A stretch of DNA of 64,000 nt, from assembly GCA_964646225.1 (NCBI GenBank), contig CAZYAD010000003.1, positions 1,894-65,893 on the forward strand, given 5' to 3'. The position numbers and the translations under genes are program-made. The notes beneath the pieces were generated by a model. The model was not told the origin of the DNA, ran no database searches, and was given only the letters and a program-made list of their open reading frames with translations. This DNA is from an uncultured Oscillospiraceae bacterium (GTDB lineage Bacteria > Bacillota > Clostridia > Oscillospirales > Butyricicoccaceae). Below, piece after piece: positions 17,137 to 26,861 of this stretch; the first letter of the stretch is position 1; each line of letters begins with the position of its first letter.

Positions 17137-18353
17137 GCGTCCTCCTTTTCATCGGCAAGCTTTTCCGCCCGATCGGAATAGATCAGGATGGGCTCGCCTT
17201 CGGGGCTGACCGTCACCGAGCGCGGGCCGGAAACTGCCGCAGCTTCGGTGGTGACCGTGCCGTCCTCCCGCAGACGGACGGTGGTCAGCCGGTCATAGGT
17301 CAACAGACAGGCCGTACCGGCGCGACAGCTCACCGCCCGCAGCGTCCCCTGCTCAGAACCGCTCCAGAGGGGCTCCAGTCCGTCGCCCAGCAGCAGAAGC
17401 TCCGCACCCCGGCTGCCCTGCTCCCCGGCGTCAAAGGCCAGCAGCAGCGCCTCCTCCTCCCGGGCGGAAAACATCCGCAGCTCCCGGGAAAAGTCCCGAG
17501 ACGCGGTGACGCTGCCTGCCGCGCAGCGCAAAACGCCGTCGGCACATAGTATGACCAGCCCGCCGGTTTTATCATGGAACAGCGCCAGCACCTGACGCTC
17601 CTCCAGCAAAAGGCTCCAGGCGGGCTGCTCCTGCCCGATCTCAAAATAGAGCACCTGGGTGGTCAGTGAAAGACCATCCTGCCCCAGGCACAGAGCGGCA
17701 AAGCTCTCGCCGTCGGGGCTGACCGAGGTCATCATCACATAATACTGGGTGGTGAGCCAACGGCACAGCAGTTGCTGCCGGTCGTCATAGACGGTCACCG
17801 CCGAGCGGCAGCCCGTCTGGTCGGTCACCAGGGCAAAATCGCCCCGAGCGTTCATGGTGGCCGTCAAAATCGGGCTGTCGGTGTTGTCCCGGAGATATTC
17901 AGCATAGTGATTGGCAATGCAAAAGCCTGTGCCGCCCCGATCATACAGCAGCACATAGCGATCCCCGGTGCAGATGGCCGGGTCGCCGTACCGCAGCTGG
18001 ATGGAATAGCGGCTGTTGCCCAGCCCGCTGACGAAGGAGTAGGTATCGCCGGAGGTCACCGCCAGCCCGGAGCCGAAGGGCTGACAGACGGTGTCCAGCC
18101 CGGACTCGAATTCATAGCGGGTGAAGGGGTCGGTCACTGCGCCCGCCGCCTTGAGATAGGCGCCGAGGCGGGAGAGATTTTCCGGCCGGAGATTTTCGTG
18201 ATACCGGAAAATGCCGAATACCACACAGGCCAGCATCCCCAGCAGGGCCAGAGAATGGAGCACACCGGTGACCGCCAGGCGCTTGTCCTGCCGGAACCGG
18301 GTGATATTGCCCGCCAGCCTGCCCGGCTTCCGGCGATCAGTCCGATCTTCCAT
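17133..18353 (-). CDS. Hypothetical membrane-anchored protein (one N-terminal TM helix, large extracytoplasmic beta-rich domain)
   Basis: 406-aa ORF in an operon with cvpA. TM segment LHSLALLGMLACVVFGIF. No catalytic motif recognised. Confidence 0.6.
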   Translation of the reverse strand: MEDRTDRRKPGRLAGNITRFRQDKRLAVTGVLHSLALLGMLACVVFGIFRYHENLRPENLSRLGAYLKAAGAVTDPFTRYEFESGLDTVCQPFGSGLAVTSGDTYSFVSGLGNSRYSIQLRYGDPAICTGDRYVLLYDRGGTGFCIANHYAEYLRDNTDSPILTATMNARGDFALVTDQTGCRSAVTVYDDRQQLLCRWLTTQYYVMMTSVSPDGESFAALCLGQDGLSLTTQVLYFEIGQEQPAWSLLLEERQVLALFHDKTGGLVILCADGVLRCAAGSVTASRDFSRELRMFSAREEEALLLAFDAGEQGSRGAELLLLGDGLEPLWSGSEQGTLRAVSCRAGTACLLTYDRLTTVRLREDGTVTTEAAAVSGPRSVTVSPEGEPILIYSDRAEKLADEKEDA

Positions 18354-19101
18354 CCAATTCCTCCATTTGATAGTTCAGTGCGGTCATATACAGCCCCATG
18401 GGGGGCGCGGTGGGGCCGGCGGCCAGCCGATCCCGGCTTTCCAGCAGGGCGGGGATGCCGTCCGGCGGGATCTTCCCGATGCCCACATAAACCAGTGTGC
18501 CGGTGATGGCCCGCACCATGTTGTACAAAAAGCCGTCGGCGCATACCCGGATGGCGATGATATCGCCGGGGCGCTGCTCGACCTCACAATAATAAATGGT
18601 GCGCACCGTGCTTTTCACCGGCGTGCCTTCATTTTTGACGGCGGCAAAGTCCTGCCGTCCCACAAAATCCCTTGCGGCCCGCTGCATGGCGGCCACATCC
18701 AGCTTCTGGGGATAGGCCCAGGCCCGGCTCACCAGAAAGGGATCCCGTACCCGGCTGTTGTGGATGAGATAGGTATATTCCTTGCTGACACAGGAGAACC
18801 GGGCATCAAACTCGTCAGGCACCAGCACGGCTCTGCGCACCACCACTGCCTCCGGCAGCCGGGCGTTGAGGGCCATGGGCAGCCGCTGGGTGGGAATGGA
18901 GGACACATGATCCAGCGAACACACATAATACCGGGCGTGAACCCCGGCGTCGGTGCGCCCGCAGCCCGAGACATAGACGCGCCTTCCGCAGGTCTTTTCC
19001 CACGCCTCCTCCACCAGCTGCTGGATGGTCATGGCGTTATTCTGCCGCTGCCAGCCGTGATAGTCGGTGCCCAGATAGGACAGTACCAAAGCAGTTTTCA
19101 T
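18337..19101 (-). CDS. truA: tRNA pseudouridine(38-40) synthase
   Basis: MKTALVLSYLGTDYHGWQRQ... and catalytic GRTDAGVHA motif. Confidence 0.9.
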   Translation of the reverse strand: MKTALVLSYLGTDYHGWQRQNNAMTIQQLVEEAWEKTCGRRVYVSGCGRTDAGVHARYYVCSLDHVSSIPTQRLPMALNARLPEAVVVRRAVLVPDEFDARFSCVSKEYTYLIHNSRVRDPFLVSRAWAYPQKLDVAAMQRAARDFVGRQDFAAVKNEGTPVKSTVRTIYYCEVEQRPGDIIAIRVCADGFLYNMVRAITGTLVYVGIGKIPPDGIPALLESRDRLAAGPTAPPMGLYMTALNYQMEELDGRSD

Positions 19102-19131
19102 GTGTCGTTTCCTTTCTGCCTGCGGCAGCCG

Positions 19132-19929
19132 TTACAGCAGGATATTCAGCGCAATGGCCGCGCCGCAGGCCAGCACTGCCAGGCCGCCACCCAGGGCATC
19201 CACCCGGCTGTAGGCCAGACTGTGCAACCGGGTGCGCTTACCGCCGCTGTACAGCCGGCATTCCATGGCACAGGCCAGCTCATCTGCCCGGCGAAAGGCC
19301 GAAACGAACAGCGGCACCAGCACCGGCACCAGAGCCTTTGCACGCTGGAGCAGATTTCCGCTCTCAAAATCCGCCCCCCGGGCCTTCTGTGCCGACATGA
19401 TCTTGTCGGTCTCCTCGATGAGGGTGGGGATGAACCGGAGAGCGATGGACATCATCATGGCGAACTCATGCACCGGGATATGCAGCCGCTTCAGCGGCGA
19501 AAGCAGCCGCTCCAGCCCGTCGGTCAGCGCCATGGGGGAGGTGGTATAGGTCAGCAGGGCCGTGGAGGACACCAGCAGCAGGATCCGGGCGATCATGACG
19601 GCCGCGGTAGCCAGCCCCTCCCATGTGACCGAAAAGATCCACAGACGGAAGATCTCCCGTCCGGGGGTGTAAAACAGGTTCAGCAGTCCGGTAAAGATCA
19701 CCAGGATGACAATAGGCTTGAGGGATTTTGCGATCATCTTCGGCGGGATGCCCGACAGACGGATGACCGCCAGCAGCCCCAGCCCGCACAGAACAAAGGC
19801 CGCCGCGCCGTCGCACACAAAAATGGTGACGATGAACAAAACCAGACTCAGCAGCTTGGAGCGGGGGTCCATCCGGTGCAGGGGAGAGCTGCCGGGGAAA
19901 AACTGCCCCAGGGTGATATCCTTCAGCAC
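19132..19929 (-). CDS. ecfT: ECF transporter transmembrane (T) component
   Basis: Multi-pass membrane protein with ...SAQKARGADF... coupling motifs, immediately downstream of two ECF ATPases. Confidence 0.85.
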   Translation of the reverse strand: MLKDITLGQFFPGSSPLHRMDPRSKLLSLVLFIVTIFVCDGAAAFVLCGLGLLAVIRLSGIPPKMIAKSLKPIVILVIFTGLLNLFYTPGREIFRLWIFSVTWEGLATAAVMIARILLLVSSTALLTYTTSPMALTDGLERLLSPLKRLHIPVHEFAMMMSIALRFIPTLIEETDKIMSAQKARGADFESGNLLQRAKALVPVLVPLFVSAFRRADELACAMECRLYSGGKRTRLHSLAYSRVDALGGGLAVLACGAAIALNILL

Positions 19930-20789
19930 AGGGCCTCACCGCCCTTCAGCGCCCGCAGCCGCCGGACGGCTTCCTCCACGGTGTATACATCGGTGCCCAC
20001 CGGCACGCCCCGCTTTTTCAGCTCCAGAAATACCCGGGTGATCTGGGGGACATCCAGCCCCGCCTGCTCCAGCTCCTCCGCCCGGGCAAAGACCTCCTGC
20101 GGCGTGCCGTCCATAAGAATATGCCCGTGATCCATCACCAGGATGCGCCGGGCCATCTGGGCGGCATATTCCATGCTGTGGGTGACAAACAGAATGGTGG
20201 TGCCGTGCTTTTCGTGATAGGCCCGGATGAACCGGAACACATCGGCGCACCCGGCAGGATCCAGCCCGGCCATGGGCTCGTCCAGCACCAGCACCTCGGG
20301 CTCCATGGCAAAGATGCCCGCCAGCGCCACACGGCGCTTCTGTCCGCCCGAAAGCTCAAAGGGCGATTTGTCCAGAGCTTCCTCACGCAGTCCCACGATG
20401 CGGCAGTTTTCCCGTACCCGTCGGTCGATCTCCGCCTTGTCCAGTCCCATATTTTTGGGGCCGAAGGCGATGTCGGCATAGACGGTCTCCTCAAACAACT
20501 GATATTCCGGATACTGAAACACCAGCCCCACGGCAAACCGCGCCGCCCGGGTCAGCTCTTTGGATTGAAAAATATCCTCTCCGTTGATGAGCACCCGGCC
20601 CTGCGTGGGCCGCAAAAGACCGTTGAAATGCTGGATCAGGGTGGATTTTCCGCTGCCGGTGTGGCCGATCAGGCCGATAAACTCCCCCCGCCGCGCCGAA
20701 AAGGACACATCATCCACCGCCTTTTTTTCAAAGGGCGTCCCGGCGCTGTAGATATGTGAAAGATGCTCGATGCGCAAAACTTCGTTCAT
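19923..20789 (-). CDS. ecfA2: ECF transporter ATPase A2
   Basis: Start at MNEVLRIEHL (ATG 20789), overlapping the ecfA1 stop. Walker A GHTGSGKST, signature LSGGQKRRVALAG. Confidence 0.9.
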   Translation of the reverse strand: MNEVLRIEHLSHIYSAGTPFEKKAVDDVSFSARRGEFIGLIGHTGSGKSTLIQHFNGLLRPTQGRVLINGEDIFQSKELTRAARFAVGLVFQYPEYQLFEETVYADIAFGPKNMGLDKAEIDRRVRENCRIVGLREEALDKSPFELSGGQKRRVALAGIFAMEPEVLVLDEPMAGLDPAGCADVFRFIRAYHEKHGTTILFVTHSMEYAAQMARRILVMDHGHILMDGTPQEVFARAEELEQAGLDVPQITRVFLELKKRGVPVGTDVYTVEEAVRRLRALKGGEALC

Positions 20790-21616
20790 GTGTTCGCTCC
20801 CAGATACTTGAGGATTTGGTCGGCGCATTCCTCCACCGACAGCGCGCCCCGATCCAGCCCGGAGTCCAGCTCACGCAGCAGCAGGACGGTCTGGGGCGCT
20901 GTGAGAGAAAGCTCCTCCAGCCGCTCCACCTGTGAAAAGACTTCCCGGGGGGTGCCGTCCATGGCCACCTGCCCGTTCTTCATCACCACCACCCGGTCGG
21001 CCAGCGCCGCTTCGTCCATATGGTGGGTGATGAGGATGACTGTCATGCCGTTTTCCCGGTTGAGCCGCCGCACGGCAGAGATGACCTCCTCCCGTCCGGC
21101 GGGATCCAGCATGGCGGTGGGCTCGTCCATGATGATACACCGGGGCCGCATGGCCAGCACCCCGGCAATGGCTACCCGCTGCTTCTGTCCGCCGGACAGA
21201 AGATGGGGCGCGTGGCGGGCGTATTCGCTCATGCCCACCGCCGCAAGGCTCTCATCCACCCGGCGGCGGATCTCCTCCGGCGGCAGCGCCATGTTTTCGC
21301 AGGCAAAGGCAACATCCTCCTCCACCACCGTGGCCACAATCTGATTGTCCGGGTTCTGAAAGACCATGCCCGCCGTGCGGCGGATGTCAAACAGCCGCGC
21401 CTCCTCCCGGGTATCCAGCCCGGCCACATAGACCGCCCCACCGGAGGGCAGCAGAATGGCGTTCATCTGCTTGGCAAGGGTGGATTTTCCGCTGCCGTTG
21501 TGCCCCAGAATGGTGGTAAACGACCCCTCTTCCACCGAAAGGGTCACCCCGTCCAGCGCCGGTGCGCCATCGTCGTCATAGCGGAAGGACAGGTTTTCGG
21601 TACGGATGATGGCCAT
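20786..21616 (-). CDS. ecfA1: ECF transporter ATPase A1
   Basis: Walker A GHNGSGKST, signature LSGGQKQRVAIAG, Walker B IIMDEP. Confidence 0.9.
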   Translation of the reverse strand: MAIIRTENLSFRYDDDGAPALDGVTLSVEEGSFTTILGHNGSGKSTLAKQMNAILLPSGGAVYVAGLDTREEARLFDIRRTAGMVFQNPDNQIVATVVEEDVAFACENMALPPEEIRRRVDESLAAVGMSEYARHAPHLLSGGQKQRVAIAGVLAMRPRCIIMDEPTAMLDPAGREEVISAVRRLNRENGMTVILITHHMDEAALADRVVVMKNGQVAMDGTPREVFSQVERLEELSLTAPQTVLLLRELDSGLDRGALSVEECADQILKYLGANT

Positions 21617-22480
21617 TTATCTGCCTCCCATCCAGCGGCTGGTGTGGCCGCAGGGCAGCATCAGCCCGGTGCTGCGGCATTTCAGCCCCAGCTCCGAGGC
21701 CTCCACCCGCCCGCCGAACCGCTTGCACACGGCGGTGCCCAGAATATAGGCCGGGACAGAGGGGGAGATGCCGGCGGTATAGGAATTGATGATGATGAAC
21801 AAAGGGTCGTCAGACAGCACCTGGGCGCACAACTCCACGAACTCGCCGATGGACTCCTCAAACCGCCATACCTCGCCGTTGGGCCCCCGGCCATAGGAGG
21901 GCGGATCCATGATGATGGCATCATACTTCCGTCCACGGGTGATCTCCCGCTTGATGAACTTTTTGCAGTCGTCCACGATATAGCGGATGGGGGCGTTTTC
22001 CAGCCCGGAGGACCGGGCGTTTTCCTTTGCCCAGGTGACCATGCCCCGGGCGGCGTCCACATGACAGACCGAAGCACCTGCGGAAGCGGCAGCCAGGGTG
22101 GCCCCGCCGGTATAGGCGAAAAGATTGAGGACATTCACCGGCCGCCCGGCCCCACGGATGCGCTCCCTGATAAAATCCCAGTTGGCGGCCTGCTCTGGAA
22201 ACACGCCGGTGTGCTTAAAGCTCATGGGCTTGATGTTGAACACCAGTTCCTCATAGCTGATGGTCCACTGCTGAGGCAGCTGACGCACCTCCCAGTGGCC
22301 GCCGCCGGTCTTGCTGCGGTGGTAGGTGGCGTCAGCCTTTTTCCACAGCGGGCTCCCGGCAGGCTGCCAGATGGCCTGGGGGTCAGGCCGCACCAGCACC
22401 TGCTGGCCCCAGCGCTCCAGCCGTTGTCCGCCGCCGCAGTCCAGCAGCTCATAATCCTTCCAGTGTTCCGATGTCCACAT
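21617..22480 (-). CDS. Class I SAM-dependent (rRNA large-subunit type) methyltransferase
   Basis: VLNLFAYTGGATLAAA SAM-binding motif and IIMDPPSYG motif IV. Abuts the ecfA1 start. Confidence 0.75.
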   Translation of the reverse strand: MWTSEHWKDYELLDCGGGQRLERWGQQVLVRPDPQAIWQPAGSPLWKKADATYHRSKTGGGHWEVRQLPQQWTISYEELVFNIKPMSFKHTGVFPEQAANWDFIRERIRGAGRPVNVLNLFAYTGGATLAAASAGASVCHVDAARGMVTWAKENARSSGLENAPIRYIVDDCKKFIKREITRGRKYDAIIMDPPSYGRGPNGEVWRFEESIGEFVELCAQVLSDDPLFIIINSYTAGISPSVPAYILGTAVCKRFGGRVEASELGLKCRSTGLMLPCGHTSRWMGGR

Positions 22481-22580
22481 AAGCTCTCGTATCCCCTTTA
22501 AGGACGGAAAAAACCGCCCGCATTCTCATAATATATCAGCTTATTTTATCATTCAAAGCCCCCACCGTCAAGGCTGACGA

Positions 22581-22609
22581 TTGACAAACCGATCTTTTTC
22601 CTTTAATAT
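22581..22609 (+). promoter_or_regulatory. Sigma-70 promoter for deoC
   Basis: TTGACA (22581-22586), 17 nt spacer, TAATAT (22604-22609). Confidence 0.6.
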
Positions 22610-22646
22610 TAAGGATAAATTCACAAAACAAGAGGAGCGTTTCGCT

Positions 22647-23309
22647 ATGTCTATTGCATCCTTTATCGACCATACCCTGCTGAAGCAGGATGCCGCCGGC
22701 CAGCAGATTGACCGTCTGTGCGCCGAGGCCGCCCAGTATCATTTCGCCTCAGTGTGCGTCAATCCCTATTATGTGGCCCGCTGCGTCAAAAACCTCAAGG
22801 GCACCGGCGTGAAGGTGTGTACCGTGGTGGGCTTCCCTCTGGGGGCCACCACCACCGAGACCAAGGCCTTTGAGACCCTCCAGGCCATCGCCTCCGGCGC
22901 GGAGGAGATCGACATGGTGCTCAATGTCTGCGCCCTGAAATCCGGCCATATCAAGGGCGTGGAGCAGGATATCCAGGCCATGGCCGCCGCCTGCGAGGGC
23001 AAGGCCCTGCTGAAGGTCATCATCGAGACCTGCCTGCTCACCGACGAGGAAAAGGTGCTGGCCTGCCAGATCGCCAAGCGCTGCGGTGCGGACTTTGTCA
23101 AGACCTCCACCGGCTTTTCCACCGGCGGCGCCACCGTGGAGGATATCGCCCTGATGCGTCAGACTGTTGGCCCCGAGATGGGTGTCAAGGCTTCCGGCGG
23201 CATCCGGGATTATGCCACTGCAAAGGCCATGCTGGAGGCCGGTGCCACCCGGATCGGTGCTTCTGCCGGCATCGCCATTGTGGAGGCCGAGCAGGCAGCC
23301 GGAAACTGA
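22647..23309 (+). CDS. deoC: Deoxyribose-phosphate aldolase
   Basis: Start at [13 protein letters not shown] (ATG 22647) with AGAGGAG SD. VCVNP, Schiff-base Lys context FVKTSTGF, and KASGGIR. Confidence 0.9.
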   Translation: MSIASFIDHTLLKQDAAGQQIDRLCAEAAQYHFASVCVNPYYVARCVKNLKGTGVKVCTVVGFPLGATTTETKAFETLQAIASGAEEIDMVLNVCALKSGHIKGVEQDIQAMAAACEGKALLKVIIETCLLTDEEKVLACQIAKRCGADFVKTSTGFSTGGATVEDIALMRQTVGPEMGVKASGGIRDYATAKAMLEAGATRIGASAGIAIVEAEQAAGN

Positions 23310-23393
23310 AGGGGCAATCCCATCCGCTGCCCTCGCCTGGTGGCCGAATGCGCGAAGCAGCCGCCCCGCCACCGGCCTGTTGTCTCCAACCAC

Positions 23394-23422
23394 ACGCCTT
23401 CCTTCGGGAAGGCGTTTTTTTC
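23394..23422 (+). terminator. Intrinsic terminator after deoC
   Basis: ACGCCTTCC, TTCG loop, GGAAGGCGT, followed by TTTTTTT. Confidence 0.85.
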
Positions 23423-23513
23423 GTTCCAATGGCTGTATACAAAAATACAAACATACCGAGCGCCAAAAAGCGTGTATTTTTCGTCAAAATGCCGAAAAAC
23501 GCGAGAATTTTTC

Positions 23514-23542
23514 TTGCCTTTCCCCCGGCGGCCATGTATAAT
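23514..23542 (+). promoter_or_regulatory. Sigma-70 promoter for the citrate lyase cluster
   Basis: TTGCCT (23514-23519), 17 nt spacer, TATAAT (23537-23542). Confidence 0.6.
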
Positions 23543-23607
23543 TAAAATAGCAAGAGAAAAGGCCGCTCCAGGGCGGCCGCAACAATCAAAACAGGGAGCG
23601 TGAGCTT

Positions 23608-23898
23608 ATGGAACTGATCAAGACCGGGACTGCCGGAACCGTGGAATCGGGCGACATCCTGGTGGAAGTGGAAAAAGCCCCCTCCGGGCTGGAAATCCGC
23701 CTGGACAGCACCGTGATGGGCCTTTATGGCCGCCGCATCCGGGAGGTCATCGAGGAAACCGTGGCAGAATGCGGCGTGGACGGCCTCGTCATCACCGCCA
23801 GCGACAAGGGCGCTCTGGACTGCACCATCCGCGCCCGGGTAAAGACCGCCGTTCTGCGGGCCTGCGACAGTCAGGCTTACGGCTGGACCGTGGAATAA
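23608..23898 (+). CDS. citD: Citrate lyase acyl carrier protein (gamma subunit)
   Basis: 96 aa, with the prosthetic-group serine context AGTVESGDILVEV. Confidence 0.9.
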   Translation: MELIKTGTAGTVESGDILVEVEKAPSGLEIRLDSTVMGLYGRRIREVIEETVAECGVDGLVITASDKGALDCTIRARVKTAVLRACDSQAYGWTVE

Positions 23899-23913
23899 GA
23901 GGAGGGAATTGCC

Positions 23914-24822
23914 ATGCGTGAAAAGCAGAGACTGCGCCGCACCATGATGTTCATCCCGGGCAACAATCCCGGCATGATGCGCGACGCCCATATTTACGGC
24001 TCCGACTCGCTGATGTTCGACCTGGAGGATTCGGTCTCCATGGCCGAAAAGGACGCGGCCCGGATGCTGGTCTATAACGCCCTGAAAACCATAGATTACG
24101 GCAGCACCGAGCTGGTGGTGCGCATCAACCCGCTGGACACCCCCTATGGCCGCGCCGATATCGAGGCCATGGTATGCGCCGGAGCCCATGTGCTGCGGAT
24201 GCCCAAGACCGAGACTGCACAGGACATCATCGAGTGCGAAAAGGTCATCGAAGAAATGGAGATCAAACACGGCATCCCTGTTGGCACCACCCTGATGATG
24301 GCCGCCATCGAGGGGGCGCTGGGGGTCATCAACGCCTATCAGATCGCCACCGCCTCCGACCGGCTCATCGGCATCGCTCTGGGCGCGGAGGATTTCTGCG
24401 CCAATATGAAGTGTCAGCGCACCACTCACGGCGGCGAGCTTCAGCTGGCGCGGCAGACCATCGTGCTGGCCGCCCGCGCCGCCGGGATCGATGCGCTGGA
24501 TACCGTCTATTCCGATGTGAACAACGAGGAGCAGCTGCTCTTTGAAGCCCGCCTCATCAAGGATCTGGGCTTCGACGGCAAGTCTGTGATCAATCCCCGG
24601 CAGATCGCCCCCGTCCATTCGGTGTTCAACCCCACACAAAAGGACATCGACAAGGCGAAAAAGATCGTCGCCGCCATCAGGGAGGCCGAGGCCCGCGGCA
24701 GCGGCGTCATCAGCCTCAACGGCAAGATGGTGGATAAGCCCGTGGTCATCCGGGCACAGAGAGTCATCGAGCTGGCCCTGGTGGCCGGCATCATCACCAA
24801 GGAGGAGGTGGAGGCGCTGTGA
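23914..24822 (+). CDS. citE: Citrate (pro-3S)-lyase beta subunit / citryl-CoA lyase
   Basis: RRTMMFIPGNNPGM...FDLEDSV HpcH/CitE-type motifs, positioned between citD and citF. Confidence 0.9.
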   Translation: MREKQRLRRTMMFIPGNNPGMMRDAHIYGSDSLMFDLEDSVSMAEKDAARMLVYNALKTIDYGSTELVVRINPLDTPYGRADIEAMVCAGAHVLRMPKTETAQDIIECEKVIEEMEIKHGIPVGTTLMMAAIEGALGVINAYQIATASDRLIGIALGAEDFCANMKCQRTTHGGELQLARQTIVLAARAAGIDALDTVYSDVNNEEQLLFEARLIKDLGFDGKSVINPRQIAPVHSVFNPTQKDIDKAKKIVAAIREAEARGSGVISLNGKMVDKPVVIRAQRVIELALVAGIITKEEVEAL

Positions 24823-26354
24823 AAAACGCCATCGGACACGAGCTCTGTCCCCAGCTGTTTGAGAGCCTGGGCATCGAACTGAAAACGGAAGACACCCAAA
24901 AGGATACCGCGACCCTCCATGAGCGTCTGGAGAAAAACGGAAAGCTGATGGATTCCCTGGAGGCCGCCATCCGCGCCTCCGGTCTGAAGGACGGCATGAC
25001 CATCTCCTTCCACCACCATTTCCGCGACGGCGACTTCGTTCTGAACGATGTGGTGAAAAAGCTTTCGGAAATGGGTTATAAGGATCTGACCGTGGCCTCC
25101 TCGTCCCTGAGCAATGCCCACGGCCCTCTGGTGCAGTATATTCAGGACGGCACCGTCACCGCACTACAGTCCTCCGGCTGCCGGGGCAAGCTGGCCGACA
25201 CCATCTCCAGATGCGAGGTGGAGCTCAAGCAGCCGGTGATCTTCCGCAGCCACGGCGGCCGCGCCGCCGCCATCGCCAACGGCACCCTGCATATCGATGT
25301 GGCCTTTTTGGGCGTGGCCTCCTGCGACGCACTGGGCAATGCCTCCGGCACCAACGAGGGCGGGGAGAGCATGTGCGGCTCCCTGGGCTATGCCCGGGTG
25401 GACGCCCGCTACGCCGACAAGGTGATCCTGCTTACCGAAAAGCTGGCCCCCTATCCCAATCTGCCGGCCTCCATCCCCGCTTCCGATGTGGATTATGTGG
25501 TGCAGGTGGAAGCCATCGGCGACAGCTCCAAAATCTCATCCGGAGCCACCCGCTACACCAAAAATCCCCGTGATCTGCTCATCGCCCAGTCGGCAGCCCG
25601 GGCCATCATGGCCTCCGGCTATTTCCGGGACGGCTTCTCCATTCAGACCGGCTCCGGCGGCGCGGCACTGGCCGTCACCCGCTTTATCGAAAACGAAATG
25701 GCCCAGCAGGGCATCACCGCCGACTTCGCTCTGGGCGGCATCACCTCCCAGATCGTCAAGCTCCACGAGCAGGGCCTGGTGAAAAAGGTGCTGGATGTGC
25801 AGAGTTTTGACGGCGAGGCCGCCCGCTCCGTCCGGGACAACCCCAACCATGTGGAGATCGACGGCAACCAGTACGCCAGCCCCTTTAACGAGGGCAGCGC
25901 CATCCATCAGCTGGATGTAGTGATCCTTTCTGCGCTGGAGATCGACACTCAGTTCAATGTCAATGTGCTCACCGGCTCCGACGGTATCATCCGCGGCGCC
26001 ATCGGCGGACACCCCGACGCGGCCTCCTGTGCCGCCCTGACGGTCATCGTCAGCCCTCTGATCCGCGGCCGCATCCCCTGCGTGGTGGACAATGTGGGCT
26101 GTCTGGTCACCGAGGGTGCGGTGTGCGATGTGCTGGTCACCGATGTGGGCATCGCCGTCAACCCCCGCCGTCCCGAGGTGGCAGAGCGCCTGCAAAAGGC
26201 CGGCCTGCAGCTGAAGACTATTGAACAGCTTCGTGACGAGGCCTATGCCGTGGTGGGTAAGCCCGACCAGCTGGCCTTTGGCGACAAGGTGGTGGCCGTG
26301 GTCACCGATCCCTGCGGTCGGGCGCTGGATGTCATCCGGAATGTAAAGGTGTAA
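24819..26354 (+). CDS. citF: Citrate lyase alpha subunit / citrate CoA-transferase
   Basis: 511 aa with a GTG start overlapping the citE stop. Family recognised from length, position and sequence (ISFHHHFRDGD...). Confidence 0.88.
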   Translation: MKNAIGHELCPQLFESLGIELKTEDTQKDTATLHERLEKNGKLMDSLEAAIRASGLKDGMTISFHHHFRDGDFVLNDVVKKLSEMGYKDLTVASSSLSNAHGPLVQYIQDGTVTALQSSGCRGKLADTISRCEVELKQPVIFRSHGGRAAAIANGTLHIDVAFLGVASCDALGNASGTNEGGESMCGSLGYARVDARYADKVILLTEKLAPYPNLPASIPASDVDYVVQVEAIGDSSKISSGATRYTKNPRDLLIAQSAARAIMASGYFRDGFSIQTGSGGAALAVTRFIENEMAQQGITADFALGGITSQIVKLHEQGLVKKVLDVQSFDGEAARSVRDNPNHVEIDGNQYASPFNEGSAIHQLDVVILSALEIDTQFNVNVLTGSDGIIRGAIGGHPDAASCAALTVIVSPLIRGRIPCVVDNVGCLVTEGAVCDVLVTDVGIAVNPRRPEVAERLQKAGLQLKTIEQLRDEAYAVVGKPDQLAFGDKVVAVVTDPCGRALDVIRNVKV

Positions 26355-26861
26355 ATGGAAGAAATTGAGATCACCCTGGAGCAGCTGCTGGAAAGCCGGG
26401 ACCAGCGTGCTGCCTTTCAAACCATCCTGCTCTGCGGCTATGAGACACCGCTGGTTTCCTTTACGGTGAATATCCCGGGCAAGGTGAAAAAGAGCCGCCG
26501 CTCGCAGGCGGTGTTTCAGGCCGGTGTCACCGCCATACGGGAGGCGCTGGCCGGGAACATCCTGTACTGCAAGCTGCTGGACAAGGTCACCGGCCCGGAG
26601 GGCTATTTCTCCGTGGAGCAGGACGCACAGACACTTAAGGATGCCATGTGCCGCATCGAGGAGACCCATCCTCTGGGCCGTCTGATGGACATTGATGTGC
26701 TGTCCGCCCCCGGCGTACATGTCAGCCGCACGGAGCTGGGCAAGCCGCCCCGCCGGTGCCTGGTCTGCGGCAATATGGCCGCTGCCTGCACCCGCAGCCG
26801 GGCCCATCCGGCAGAGGAACTGCTGGCTGCCATCGACCGAATGCTGGAGGAGGCGCAATGA
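26355..26861 (+). CDS. citX: Apo-citrate lyase phosphoribosyl-dephospho-CoA transferase
   Basis: 168 aa. ...PLVSFTVNIPG..K and RLMDIDV motifs typical of CitX. Abuts citF and overlaps citG. Confidence 0.8.
   Translation: MEEIEITLEQLLESRDQRAAFQTILLCGYETPLVSFTVNIPGKVKKSRRSQAVFQAGVTAIREALAGNILYCKLLDKVTGPEGYFSVEQDAQTLKDAMCRIEETHPLGRLMDIDVLSAPGVHVSRTELGKPPRRCLVCGNMAAACTRSRAHPAEELLAAIDRMLEEAQ

Noticed and set aside
22481-22646. Possible small RNA or riboswitch in the 166-nt divergent region between the methyltransferase gene and deoC
   Set aside because: The region contains a good deoC promoter (TTGACA, 17 nt, TAATAT) only about 40 nt from the SD. It has no stable conserved-looking structure or terminator.
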